A stretch of DNA of 62,032 bases, filler included. It is 3 parts of 3 records of this genome, joined end to end, with 100 filler letters (N's around TTAATTAATTAA, not from the genome) between each part and the next. Parts side by side here need not be neighbours in the genome. Positions count along the whole stretch, not along the records: positions 31,452 to 54,456 come from DRR378314_2180; 2 more parts are not named here. One strand, written 5' to 3'. This document shows, piece by piece, positions 37,812 through 47,136 of this stretch. Under the pieces are notes generated by a model. The model saw only the letters and a list, made by a program, of their open reading frames with translations, was not told where the DNA came from and did not search any database. Positions within the stretch are counted from its first letter, which is position 1, and each line of letters starts with the position of its first letter. The translations under genes were made by a program, and so were the position numbers.

Positions 37812-37952
37812 GCTAAAGGTATCGGGCACCTGCCGCCTGCAGACGCAAGTCACGGTGAAGCCCGACGGTACGAACATACTCACTCTCGAAGCATTTCGTA
37901 GGTGGGCAATGCAGGCCCCCATCAAGAACGAAATGCCTCATTTGAGGAGTGA
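37812..37952 (+). ncRNA. Candidate structured cis-regulatory leader RNA
   Basis: Pairings TCGGGC/GCCCGA, GAC-GCAA-GTC, GCCTGCA/TGCAGGC, GCATTTCGT/ACGAAATGC, and CCTC/GAGG over the SD. Confidence 0.55.
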
Positions 37953-39353
37953 ATGATGTCGTCCCGACACTCACCTGACAATCGTTTTTTGATTGCCCCC
38001 ATAGGGCGAACCTTCTTCGCCAATGCATTTCCAATGATGCTCGTCATGACAATGAACGGGCTGCTGAATGTTGTCGACGCCACTTTCTTAGGGCACTTCG
38101 TCGGCACCAATGCCTTAGCTGCCGTCAGCATCGTCTTTCCGGCCTTTATGATCACCGTTGCCCTGTCGACTCTTGTCAGCGGTGGTATGTCGAGTCTTCT
38201 GGCCCGTCACCTGGGCGCGGACGCAAGAGATCAGGCTGCGGCAGTCTTTACTCGAGCACATGGGTTGGCACTCTGTATCTCACTCACTCTGATCGTGATC
38301 TTCCTGGTAGGGGGGCGTGCCGCCGTTGGCTACTTGACGGATGGGCAGAACGGCATCACTGGGATGGCCCACTCTTATCTATCGATCATGATCTATGCGA
38401 CGCCGTTACAGTTCCTGCTTGGGCTGCATGCGGATGCATTGCGCAATGAGGGCCGGGCGGGGTTCATTGCGCTAATGTCGATTGGGGTGACGCTTGCTAA
38501 TATTGCATTGAACTATGTGCTGATCGTTATTCTTGACCTCGGCGTCGCCGGGTCAGCTTGGGGCACGGTGCTAGCCCAGGGCCTGGGCTTAGGGCTATTG
38601 ATTGGCCTGCGCCTGCGTGGAGACGGATTACTGCCGCTTTCATCGCTCGGCAGATACCGCTGGTCTGGGGACTGGCGCCCTATACTAGCCCTTGGGGCGC
38701 CTCTCAGTCTCAGCTTCATCGGTATCGCGCTTGTCTCGGCGACTCTGATCGCAACCCTGCGACTGACAGCAGAGGCTGGCTATGCCGACACTATCGCGGC
38801 CTACGGGATCGTCACTCGGATCTTCAGTTTCAGCTTCTTGCCCTTGATGGCTATCGCGCTCGCAACCCAGAGTGTCGTCGGGAACAATGTCGGCGCGGGG
38901 CTCTTCCTTCGGTCGGATGCTGTACTGCGACTCGCACTCGGCACAGCACTGTTTTATTGCGTTGCAGTTGAGATCATTCTGCTCGGCAGCAGCCACTATA
39001 TTGGGGCGGGCTTTGTCCGGGACCCAGTCGTAGTGGCCCAAGTGGGAGCGATCCTGCGTCCTATGATGTATTTTTACTTCGTCGTTGGTCCGCTTCTAGT
39101 ACTAGCGCTCTATTTTCAAGCGGTGGGGCAGCCGGGGCGCGCAGCGATTCTGACGTTAACCAAACCTTTCTTGCTGAGCCCGGCACTGATTGTTGCGCTT
39201 GGGTTCATCAAAGACGCCGAGGCGATTTGGTTCGCGTTCCCAATTGCCGATGGCCTCATGGCTAGTCTGGCAATTGTAATCGTGACTGCCAGCCTGAAAC
39301 GGCATACCACCGGCTCCGGATTTGGGCTGGCAATACAGGGAGAGCCAACATGA
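37953..39353 (+). CDS. MATE family efflux transporter
   Basis: GLLNVVDATFLGHFVGTNALAAVS, LRNEG, NIALNYVLI..LGVAGSAWGT, GNNVGAG. Confidence 0.95.
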   Translation: MMSSRHSPDNRFLIAPIGRTFFANAFPMMLVMTMNGLLNVVDATFLGHFVGTNALAAVSIVFPAFMITVALSTLVSGGMSSLLARHLGADARDQAAAVFTRAHGLALCISLTLIVIFLVGGRAAVGYLTDGQNGITGMAHSYLSIMIYATPLQFLLGLHADALRNEGRAGFIALMSIGVTLANIALNYVLIVILDLGVAGSAWGTVLAQGLGLGLLIGLRLRGDGLLPLSSLGRYRWSGDWRPILALGAPLSLSFIGIALVSATLIATLRLTAEAGYADTIAAYGIVTRIFSFSFLPLMAIALATQSVVGNNVGAGLFLRSDAVLRLALGTALFYCVAVEIILLGSSHYIGAGFVRDPVVVAQVGAILRPMMYFYFVVGPLLVLALYFQAVGQPGRAAILTLTKPFLLSPALIVALGFIKDAEAIWFAFPIADGLMASLAIVIVTASLKRHTTGSGFGLAIQGEPT

Positions 39354-39784
39354 GCCTGCAAACACTCGCGGAAGCCAAGGCGCAGGCAAAATCGCTGCGC
39401 CAAGCGCTTGCCGCTGCAGGAACACAGATTAGCCACGCTCAATCGCTGGAGCTCATCGCCCAGCAAAACGGGGTGCGGGACTGGAACACGCTCTATGCCC
39501 GGCTTTCAGGTGCCGAACCAACGCCCTTCAATATCCATGATGAGGTTCGTGGCCAGTACCTGGGGCAAAATTTTAGCGGCCGGATTGTTGCGATATCTAA
39601 GGTAGGAAAAAGCTATAGGCTTTCGATACAGCTGGACCAGCCGATCGATACCGTCCAATTTGCGAGCTTCTCCAACATGCGCCGTCGTATTAGGGGCGTC
39701 ATTGATCAAGAAGGTCGGTCACCACAAAAGACGTCGGATGGCACGCCGCAATTAATCGTCGAGCCTCTCGTGCGCCGCAGGTAA
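39350..39784 (+). CDS. Glyoxalase_8 ('glyoxalase superfamily') helical-domain protein, translationally coupled to the MATE gene
   Basis: AKAQAKSLRQAL...ISHAQSLELIAQQNGVRDWNTL; ATGA overlap with the MATE stop. Confidence 0.8.
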   Translation: MSLQTLAEAKAQAKSLRQALAAAGTQISHAQSLELIAQQNGVRDWNTLYARLSGAEPTPFNIHDEVRGQYLGQNFSGRIVAISKVGKSYRLSIQLDQPIDTVQFASFSNMRRRIRGVIDQEGRSPQKTSDGTPQLIVEPLVRRR

Positions 39785-39974
39785 ATAGCGCCGGCACTTC
39801 AACCAGGTAATGTGGGCGGGAGTTGCGAACCGTCCACACCTCTACCTAGGTATATTTGAGCGCACGCTACACTATCTGTTCGAATACAAGTTAGGCTTAT
39901 CGGTTTTCCATCCGAAGTGTCGCTATGACCGTTCCCCAAAATCTACCAATTTCGAAGGTGGTAGATAGGACCCG

Positions 39975-40002
39975 GAAATGGATTTTCTACAGCCTGTTAA
40001 GC
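39975..40002 (+). mobile_element. IS-like terminal repeat abutting a cassette core site (copy 2)
   Basis: GAAATGGATTTTCTACAGCCT|GTTAAGC. Confidence 0.55.
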
Positions 40003-40039
40003 CTCTATAATGACAGCATTTAGACAGTAAGGAAGTCGA

Positions 40040-40663
40040 ATGAAAAAGATGTTTTTAACTTCATCTTTCGTAGATGTTGCCGATCTATTTGTGAAATTTA
40101 CCAGCGCAAAATGTGTAGGAAAAACGGTTACGTTCATTCCTACTGCAAGCCTAGTCGAAGAGGTCAATTTTTATGTGGCCGCAGGCAGAGATGCACTCGA
40201 GAAGTGTGGACTAATTATTGATGAACTTGAGATTTCAACTGCTCCAAGTGAGGAGATAAACAGCAAGCTTCAAAAAAATGACTATATCTATGTCACTGGT
40301 GGAAATACTTTCTTTTTACTTCAAGAGTTGAAAAGAACTGGTGCAGATAAAATCATAAAGAAGCAAATAAGTTCAGGGAAAATGTATATCGGAGAGTCTG
40401 CAGGCTCTATCGTTATGTCACCTAACATCGAGTATGTGAAAGACATGGACGATTTCACGGCGGCACCTAATGTAGTCTCTTTTTCATCATTAAATATGGT
40501 TGATTTTTATCCGGTACCACACCATACCAACGCTCCTTTCAAGCAAGTCGTTGAAAGCATAATCACTAGCTATGATGAAAAAATAGACCTTTGCCCAATT
40601 AGTAATACGCAAGCAATTATCATCAATGGCGATGAGTTTGACGTCTGGAAGGTCGAAACTTAA
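40040..40663 (+). CDS. Peptidase S51 (peptidase E-like, type 1 glutamine amidotransferase-like) protein (cassette)
   Basis: FIPTAS, YVTGGNTFFLL, YIGESAGS, PVPH; the stop lies inside ACTTAAC. Confidence 0.9.
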   Translation: MKKMFLTSSFVDVADLFVKFTSAKCVGKTVTFIPTASLVEEVNFYVAAGRDALEKCGLIIDELEISTAPSEEINSKLQKNDYIYVTGGNTFFLLQELKRTGADKIIKKQISSGKMYIGESAGSIVMSPNIEYVKDMDDFTAAPNVVSFSSLNMVDFYPVPHHTNAPFKQVVESIITSYDEKIDLCPISNTQAIIINGDEFDVWKVET

Positions 40664-40751
40664 CCAGACACAGCAGTTCGCGGACTATGGTTACGAGGTA
40701 CTCATTCCCCGCGCCGCTAAGCTTATTATAGAAGAACAAGGAGGTCGTAAA

Positions 40752-41225
40752 TTGCCTGTCCGTAAAGCTAGGGAAGCTGATCTGAAAGCCATTTTCCAGC
40801 TTTCTAATGAGATCAATAGCATTCACTATTCGCATATGCCGCATGACTTTGCGAAGCCAGATGGAAGTAATCGTGATGAGCCATATTGGCGGGGATTCAT
40901 GAATGTGGGTGACTCTGCGGTTTTCGTGACGGAGGACAATGGCGTATTAACAGGCGTCGTGGCTGTGTCGGTATCAACTTCAACGCCATACCCATTTCTG
41001 ACTTCTCGGCCCCGTGGGCACGTAGCCACAATAGTAGTGGCCGAAAGCCATCGTGGAAGGGGGCTAGGCCGCGAGCTTATGTCTGCTGCTGAAACTTATG
41101 CAAAAGAGAAAGGTGCTGAGGATATCAAGCTAGAGGTAATGGAGTTCAATGCGGACGCTTTAAATTTCTATAGAGAATTGGGCTATGGAAACTTTTCGTT
41201 CCGCCTTTCAAAGCCTTTGCCCTGA
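40752..41225 (+). CDS. GNAT acetyltransferase
   Basis: TTG start after AGGAGG; HRGRGLGRELM, FNADALNFYRELGY. Confidence 0.88.
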   Translation: MPVRKAREADLKAIFQLSNEINSIHYSHMPHDFAKPDGSNRDEPYWRGFMNVGDSAVFVTEDNGVLTGVVAVSVSTSTPYPFLTSRPRGHVATIVVAESHRGRGLGRELMSAAETYAKEKGAEDIKLEVMEFNADALNFYRELGYGNFSFRLSKPLP

Positions 41226-41279
41226 CAAGCGCAGTAATGGCGGCGGCAGTTCCTTGGGGTTTATATTTTGGAGTAGTTC

Positions 41280-41621
41280 GTGCCACATTGCATTGTTGAG
41301 CATTCCGCATCACTGGACGGTGAGTTGATATTACCATTGGTATTTTCAGGTGCCATGACGTCAGCGCTATTTGAGGCAGATGGTAGTGATATAAAAGTCA
41401 GATCAATCGCTTACCAAAGCTACCTGACGGGGCAGGCAACGTCTGAGTTTGTGCATGTGGTGTTAAAAATTCTGTCAGGTAGAACCCCTGCCCAAAAGCA
41501 AATGCTTTCAAGATCGGTATTAGCGCAATTGCAAACACTTGAGCTTCCACGTTGCTCGTTAACCGTCGAGGTTGTGGATATTGAGCGTGCCAGTTATTCA
41601 AAGTGGGTGAGTGAGTCATAG
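41280..41621 (+). CDS. 5-carboxymethyl-2-hydroxymuconate isomerase family (tautomerase fold)
   Basis: N-terminal MPHCIVEHS, DIKVR, ILSGRT. Confidence 0.88.
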   Translation: MPHCIVEHSASLDGELILPLVFSGAMTSALFEADGSDIKVRSIAYQSYLTGQATSEFVHVVLKILSGRTPAQKQMLSRSVLAQLQTLELPRCSLTVEVVDIERASYSKWVSES

Positions 41622-41693
41622 CAAGGTTAGGTATGCGCGGCCTGCGGCCATTGTAATGCTCACAAGTTCGCCTATCTGAAATGGGCGTTAATC
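41616..41693 (+). mobile_element. Decayed attC
   Basis: TCATAGCAAGG...GCGGCCTGCGGCC...GGGCGTTAATC. Confidence 0.55.
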
Positions 41694-41709
41694 AGAATTA
41701 GAGAGTCAG

Positions 41710-42075
41710 ATGAGCACCAAGGAATATCTCGTTGTTAGTTCACATGAAAGTGAGTTTCCTAATCCAATCACTTTCAGAAAAGGTGATCCTCTTGTTGTTG
41801 GCGAGGAGTATGAGGGAGCCGAAGAGTGGGATAACTGGTTTTTGTGCAGTTCTCCCGGGCAGGAACTAGGCTGGGTGCCGGGGCAAGTTATTGAGCGACT
41901 GGAAGGTTCAGAGGGGCGTGCAAGTGATGACTACACCGCCAGAGAGCTTAATGTGCTGATGGGTGAGCGACTAACTGGCGCAAGAATTTTGAATGGATGG
42001 CTATGGTGTGAAAAATCTACCAGCAAAGAATCAGGGTGGGTTCCATTAGAGAACCTGAAAGAGGTTGAAGAGTAG
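41710..42075 (+). CDS. Tandem SH3-like domain protein
   Basis: Two repeats ending WF/WLWC...GWVP. Confidence 0.8.
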   Translation: MSTKEYLVVSSHESEFPNPITFRKGDPLVVGEEYEGAEEWDNWFLCSSPGQELGWVPGQVIERLEGSEGRASDDYTARELNVLMGERLTGARILNGWLWCEKSTSKESGWVPLENLKEVEE

Positions 42076-42243
42076 TCGCGGTGCTGGCAATGCCACCAAT
42101 TTGCCGCCGGACGCTTGTTCCTTGCATCGTTTATGATGGTAGCCCAGTCGCAGGCTTTAGGGTGCGGCTATAAGCGTCACTACCATGCATATGTCTTCAG
42201 GCTGACGTTGAGTAGCAGGTGGAAGCTGATATAGAGGAGGTCA

Positions 42244-43152
42244 TCACGAGACTTTATTTCCATCTGAATCAAGATCCACAATTGCTAATCTTAGGTGTTC
42301 CAAAAATACTCTCACTTTTTCCAGTGGGTATTTTTTTCCCGAGTAGAACGCATATAACACGAGATCTTCTGGCTGGCAGTTAAGGCCAATCTTGATAAGC
42401 GATCCATTTTCTATATCTGCTTGGCATGCATGAGTGGGTAAAATAGCAAAGCCAAGTCCCTTCAGCGCGGCAGCTTTAGCCATGTAGCCACTGTTGACCT
42501 TATAGCTGGATTGCACCTGAATGGTCTGGTTATGCTTGAATCGCCAGGGCATGCCTTGTAGGACAGACAGGCTGGTAATGCAGGGCGCTTTGCTCAGTTC
42601 ATCCAGTGAGCCCGGCAATCGGTGATGCTCAAGAAGCCGCGGTGCGGCAACTACGCAACTCGGCCAGCGTTGGATTTCTTTAGCGACCCAGCCAGAATCC
42701 TCCAATGGCCCTCTACCGAAGCGTAACACCAGGTCGAACCCTTCTAACAAACCTTTTGAAGGGTTTAATTGGGTGTCACAACTTAGTTGTATTTGAGGGT
42801 GCTGGAGGCAGAAATTTGCGGTGATTTCGGCCAGAAAGGGGAGGTCAGGCATGATGATCTTAAGGTGGCCGGATAGGGCGTCACCGTGCAGTGAGGCTTC
42901 TTCTAGTGCGTCGTTCATTGCTCGTGTGAGCGGCGTGATGGCCTGATAAAGTTGCTTGCCTGCAGCGGTTGGTATCATCTTGCGGGTGGTACGTTCCAAT
43001 AGTCGCAAGCTAAGTTGTTGCTCCAATAACGCGACATGGCGGCTGACATTGGATGTTGGCAATTGAAGCTGCTCCGCTGCACGCTTAAAGCTCAGCTGTT
43101 CATATACCGCCTGAAAGCTCAGTAGCCATTGAAGCTCGATTTTTTCAATCAT
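42244..43152 (-). CDS. LysR family regulator
   Basis: SFKRAAEQLQLPTSNVSRHVALLEQQL..LLERTTR. Confidence 0.93.
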   Translation of the reverse strand: MIEKIELQWLLSFQAVYEQLSFKRAAEQLQLPTSNVSRHVALLEQQLSLRLLERTTRKMIPTAAGKQLYQAITPLTRAMNDALEEASLHGDALSGHLKIIMPDLPFLAEITANFCLQHPQIQLSCDTQLNPSKGLLEGFDLVLRFGRGPLEDSGWVAKEIQRWPSCVVAAPRLLEHHRLPGSLDELSKAPCITSLSVLQGMPWRFKHNQTIQVQSSYKVNSGYMAKAAALKGLGFAILPTHACQADIENGSLIKIGLNCQPEDLVLYAFYSGKKYPLEKVRVFLEHLRLAIVDLDSDGNKVS

Positions 43153-43256
43153 AGATTCTCTCATAAAATGGGATTAATAACGCAATAATAGCGTGTTTAT
43201 CCCTGAGAGTGGCTTTGTGACAATCTCTACCGGATTTAACTATTGAGGTAGGGTCG

Positions 43257-44375
43257 ATGAAAAACACTAATCGTATTGCCATTGTTGGTGCAGGGGTTGC
43301 TGGAATAGCGCTGGCAATACTCGCCACACAACAAGGCTATCAAGTGAGCGTGTATGAGCGTGACAGTAAGGTCTCGTCCATTGGTGCTGGCGTGACTTTA
43401 TGGCCAAATGCAATTTTTGTTCTGCAACAGATGGGGGTGGAAAAAGAGCCAAAACACCTGGGTGGTGCTCCCCGTTTAATGCGTCAGTTTGATCAATTTG
43501 GCGTTTGGCAGGGTGAGCTTGATATTGAGGAAGTGAACCTGCGGAGTGGCTTCTCCAGTATAACAATATTGCGCCGTGATCTTATGGGCATACTGGCCAA
43601 GAGGTTGGATGATTTGGGGGTAAAAATACACCTTGGTTGCCCAATGACGGCGCAGGATATTGACCGATTAAAGCAAGAGTTTGACGTGGTGGTAGGAGCC
43701 GATGGGAGAATGAATTCGGTGGTGCGTCACACGCTATATGCCGAAAAGGTGAGCCCCCGTTATCAAGGATTCATTAATATCATTGGTATCAGTCAGTTGA
43801 ATGAAGGTGTTTTAGATAACGCCATCCATGATTTTCGTGGCTTGGGTGAGCGGTTTGGAATTGTCCCTATGAATAATGGGCTATGTTTCTGGGCTGGCGC
43901 ATGGAATGCCGATATTGATAAACAACGGCCCTTATCTGCTTGGTATGATGAGCTGCATCAGCGTTTTCGCTGCTGGCCTGACCCGGTACGCAACGTGCTG
44001 AAATTCTATGATGCAGCATCGCTCAATCGCATTTTTGTTCATGATCTTGATCCCCTGCCTTATTGGCATCAAGACAATGTTGTCATTATTGGAGATGCGG
44101 CCCATGCGTCTTTACCAACATCTGGGCAGGGAGCATGTCAAGCGCTGGAAGATGCGTGGCATCTTGTCAGGCTTTTGGGAGAGCAAGGTGAGTTGGAAAG
44201 TGTTCTGACAAGTTTTTATCAGCAGCGAATCGTTAAGACATCCTCAGCTCAAACCGTTGGAAGACAGGTAGCCGAGAGGATTTTTGGAACACAACTTGAG
44301 TCTCAGCCAGCGACTTTAGGCATTTCTGCTGAGCAATTAAGCCTGTTATGGATGCAGGGATTAGAAACGCAGTAG
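43257..44375 (+). CDS. FAD-dependent monooxygenase
   Basis: IVGAGVAG, VVGADG, IIGDAAHASLPTSGQGACQALEDA. Confidence 0.93.
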   Translation: MKNTNRIAIVGAGVAGIALAILATQQGYQVSVYERDSKVSSIGAGVTLWPNAIFVLQQMGVEKEPKHLGGAPRLMRQFDQFGVWQGELDIEEVNLRSGFSSITILRRDLMGILAKRLDDLGVKIHLGCPMTAQDIDRLKQEFDVVVGADGRMNSVVRHTLYAEKVSPRYQGFINIIGISQLNEGVLDNAIHDFRGLGERFGIVPMNNGLCFWAGAWNADIDKQRPLSAWYDELHQRFRCWPDPVRNVLKFYDAASLNRIFVHDLDPLPYWHQDNVVIIGDAAHASLPTSGQGACQALEDAWHLVRLLGEQGELESVLTSFYQQRIVKTSSAQTVGRQVAERIFGTQLESQPATLGISAEQLSLLWMQGLETQ

Positions 44376-44396
44376 GCGTAGTTAAAGGAGTAAGAA

Positions 44397-44897
44397 ATGA
44401 GTTCTTATGGAACGTTAATATTTTTCTGCGGAAAGGTGGGCGCTGGAAAAAGCACGCTGTCTGCCAGCATTGCGCGTGAGCGCGGCGCCGTGCTGCTTTC
44501 AGAGGATGACTGGTTATCTGCTCTTTTTCCTGGCGAAATCAACGATTTCAACGACTACATCAGCTACTCGTCACGCCTTAAGCCATTGCTTAGGGAACAC
44601 GTTGAGCAAATACTTTTGGCAGGCACCACTGTGGTTCTAGATTTCCCCGGCAATACCAGGAAGCAAAGGGCATGGTTTAAGGATATCTACTCGCCACGCG
44701 GGATACCCCACGAACTGTACTATGTGATGGCAGAAGACGAGGTTTGTCTAAAACAGCTGAAACAGCGCCAACGGGAGCAGCCTGAGCGGGCGAGCTTCGA
44801 TACCGAGGAGGTTTTCAGGATGGTAACGGGCTACTTTGAGCCTCCCGAAGAATCAGAGGGATTCAATGTCCAGGTTGTCGAGCGGGCGTTGACATAA
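44397..44897 (+). CDS. P-loop kinase (AAA_33-like)
   Basis: CGKVGAGKST, VVLDF; the stop lies inside ACATAAC. Confidence 0.85.
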   Translation: MSSYGTLIFFCGKVGAGKSTLSASIARERGAVLLSEDDWLSALFPGEINDFNDYISYSSRLKPLLREHVEQILLAGTTVVLDFPGNTRKQRAWFKDIYSPRGIPHELYYVMAEDEVCLKQLKQRQREQPERASFDTEEVFRMVTGYFEPPEESEGFNVQVVERALT

Positions 44898-45048
44898 CGT
44901 CCGTGCTGTTTATCTAGATGCGTTTGGTGCCGTTTTATCTGCATTCGTGGGCCGACGTCCCTCCTTGGTTGAATTAGCTGAATACAACCTGAATATAGTC
45001 CAGTTAATTATCTGCCCCAGATTACGCTTTAGCGTAAGAAAGGTAGGC

Positions 45049-45806
45049 TTAACTTACCAACATGCGTAATGGTATCCACAGACCCATGGCGATCATTACC
45101 AGATTTTCGGTTAACGATACAAAGCCCAGCGGCACATTACTGTTTCCGCCTACGCAGGCACACTTCAGCTCCCGCTTGTCGATATACACGGCTTTAAACA
45201 CAGAGACGGCACCTACCGTACCAACAAAGAGGGCAAGCGGCGCGGCGAACCAGGTTAATGCCCCGGCCAGCATAAGCAGGCCAGCTAGTGTTTCGGCATA
45301 GGGTAAACGTAGCTGTAGGGCACATAGCGCTGAGCCAGCAAATCGTAGTTCAAAAACATATTGCTGAAACTTTCGACATCCTGCAGTTTTTGTAGGCCAA
45401 GTAGCACCATAGCGGTAGCCACTGCATATTCCGGCATGCGCGCTGTGAGAAACGAACCCTGGACGGCCCAGCTAATCGATAGACCTATTAGTAGAGCGAC
45501 GGCAAAAATCGCCAGCACGGGCCGATAAGTCTTTTCTTTTGAATTGGAAACGTTCAAACCTAAGTGTTTGCGTAGTTCTTCATAGCCTCCAATGCGGCTA
45601 TCACCGATGTATACCTGGGGCGTGGTGTCGACGTTTTCTTGAGCCTTGAGCGCGTCTATCTGATCACGGGAGGTTAACGTATGATCGTCAACCTCAAAGC
45701 CTTTACGCTTGAGTAGATCAACCGTTTTCAAACCGAACGGGCACATATGCTCGGCGGTTTTCATCCGGTAAACCCGTGCAGAGGTAGTAGGTGTTGACCT
45801 TGGCAT
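45049..45806 (-). pseudogene. Glutaredoxin-MauE/DoxX fusion, frameshifted near 45300
   Basis: CPFG Grx domain and membrane domain; YVYP/YAETLAGLLMLAG is split by one missing base; C-terminal CACVGG..VPLGFVSLTEN. Confidence 0.8.
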
Positions 45807-46046
45807 TGTGCCTCCTTTGTTAAAAACATGGTGTTAATTAAAAGCATAGAACCTTTGTGCCGCACACAGGCAAGAGTTGTTGTCACTGCTTTCTTATACG
45901 GTATTAATCTGAAACGAGTCTGAACCCAGCGGGCAGAATATGATCCATAGCAACTTTTTTTCATTTTTCAATAGGTTACAAGGCTTTACCTTGAGGCAGC
46001 GGATGTTCTTCCCAATCCAGCGGTGCAGATAGACAGTGCGCAAGGG

Positions 46047-46077
46047 TTGAAGCTTTAGTTGCTAGAGGTTTTATAGT
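46047..46077 (+). promoter_or_regulatory. MerR-type metal-responsive promoter/operator
   Basis: TTGAAG-19 bp-TATAGT with dyad CTTTAG-TTG-CTAGAG. Confidence 0.8.
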
Positions 46078-46110
46078 ACCGAGAACAGATAGTTCTAGAG
46101 AGAGTAGCCG

Positions 46111-47025
46111 ATGGGACATTATCATGATCATTCCCACATTGATCCTGCCTCTGGCGACCGGCGTGTCAGCATTTCCATATGGGCCAATGGACTCTTAACC
46201 ATCGCTCAAATTGTCGGTGGCGTTATGGCGGGAAGCCTATCTCTGATCGCGGATGCATTACATAACTTATCTGACATGGCAGCGCTAGTTATTGCCTTTG
46301 CCGCTCGTAAAATCGCCAGGCGGCCCGCCGATGCGTACATGACCTTTGGCTATGGCCGCATCGAGATAGTGGCAGCACTCATCAACTACACCACCCTCAT
46401 TATTGTCGGCGTCTATCTGATTTACGAAGGCGCTATGCGGATGATCGATCCTCCTGAGATAGAGGGATGGACGATCGTGATTATTGGTGGCGTCGCGCTT
46501 GTCGTTGATGCTCTTACCGCCGTGCTCACTTGGTCAATGCAAAAAGAGAGTGTCAATATCCGCGCTCTTTTTCTGCATAACTTATCGGATGCGTTTGCTT
46601 CCATCGCCGTGATTATCGGAGGTTCGCTTATTTTGCTGTATGACATGCGCTGGGTAGACCCCGCGATCACCATAGGAATTGCGCTATATATTCTTTACCT
46701 CGCTTTCTCTGAAATTGGTGGTCCTATCCGTACGCTAATGCTGGGTTCTCCCCCGAACATTGACGGGCAGGCTGTCGTTGAAGCGGTGCAAGATATCGAC
46801 GGAGTCCAGGATATTCACCACGTGCATCTATGGCAGATGCAGGAAAATACAGTAGCCCTTGACTGCCACGTGGTTCTGACAGAAGCCGGTTGGCAGCAGC
46901 TTGAATCCGTCAAAGCAGAGATCAAGGAGGAGTTGAAAACGCGCTTCAGTATTGCTCATTCCAGCCTAGAGTTTGAGCATAGCGACCACGCGCATCAAAA
47001 TGCCAATCTATATGGGCATGAGTGA
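46111..47025 (+). CDS. czcD: CDF family cation efflux transporter
   Basis: SLIADALHNLSD, TFGYGRIE, FLHNLSD, IHHVHLW; His-rich termini. Confidence 0.92.
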   Translation: MGHYHDHSHIDPASGDRRVSISIWANGLLTIAQIVGGVMAGSLSLIADALHNLSDMAALVIAFAARKIARRPADAYMTFGYGRIEIVAALINYTTLIIVGVYLIYEGAMRMIDPPEIEGWTIVIIGGVALVVDALTAVLTWSMQKESVNIRALFLHNLSDAFASIAVIIGGSLILLYDMRWVDPAITIGIALYILYLAFSEIGGPIRTLMLGSPPNIDGQAVVEAVQDIDGVQDIHHVHLWQMQENTVALDCHVVLTEAGWQQLESVKAEIKEELKTRFSIAHSSLEFEHSDHAHQNANLYGHE

Positions 47026-47136
47026 TAGACCGAGGCTGGCTCTGGGCTCAAGTTGGTAGCGGGCGGCCTACTCCCAGCGTAATTGGCTTATTTTTCAACT
47101 TGGCTTTCCACCCCATTGCTAAAAAAGAGAGAAAAA

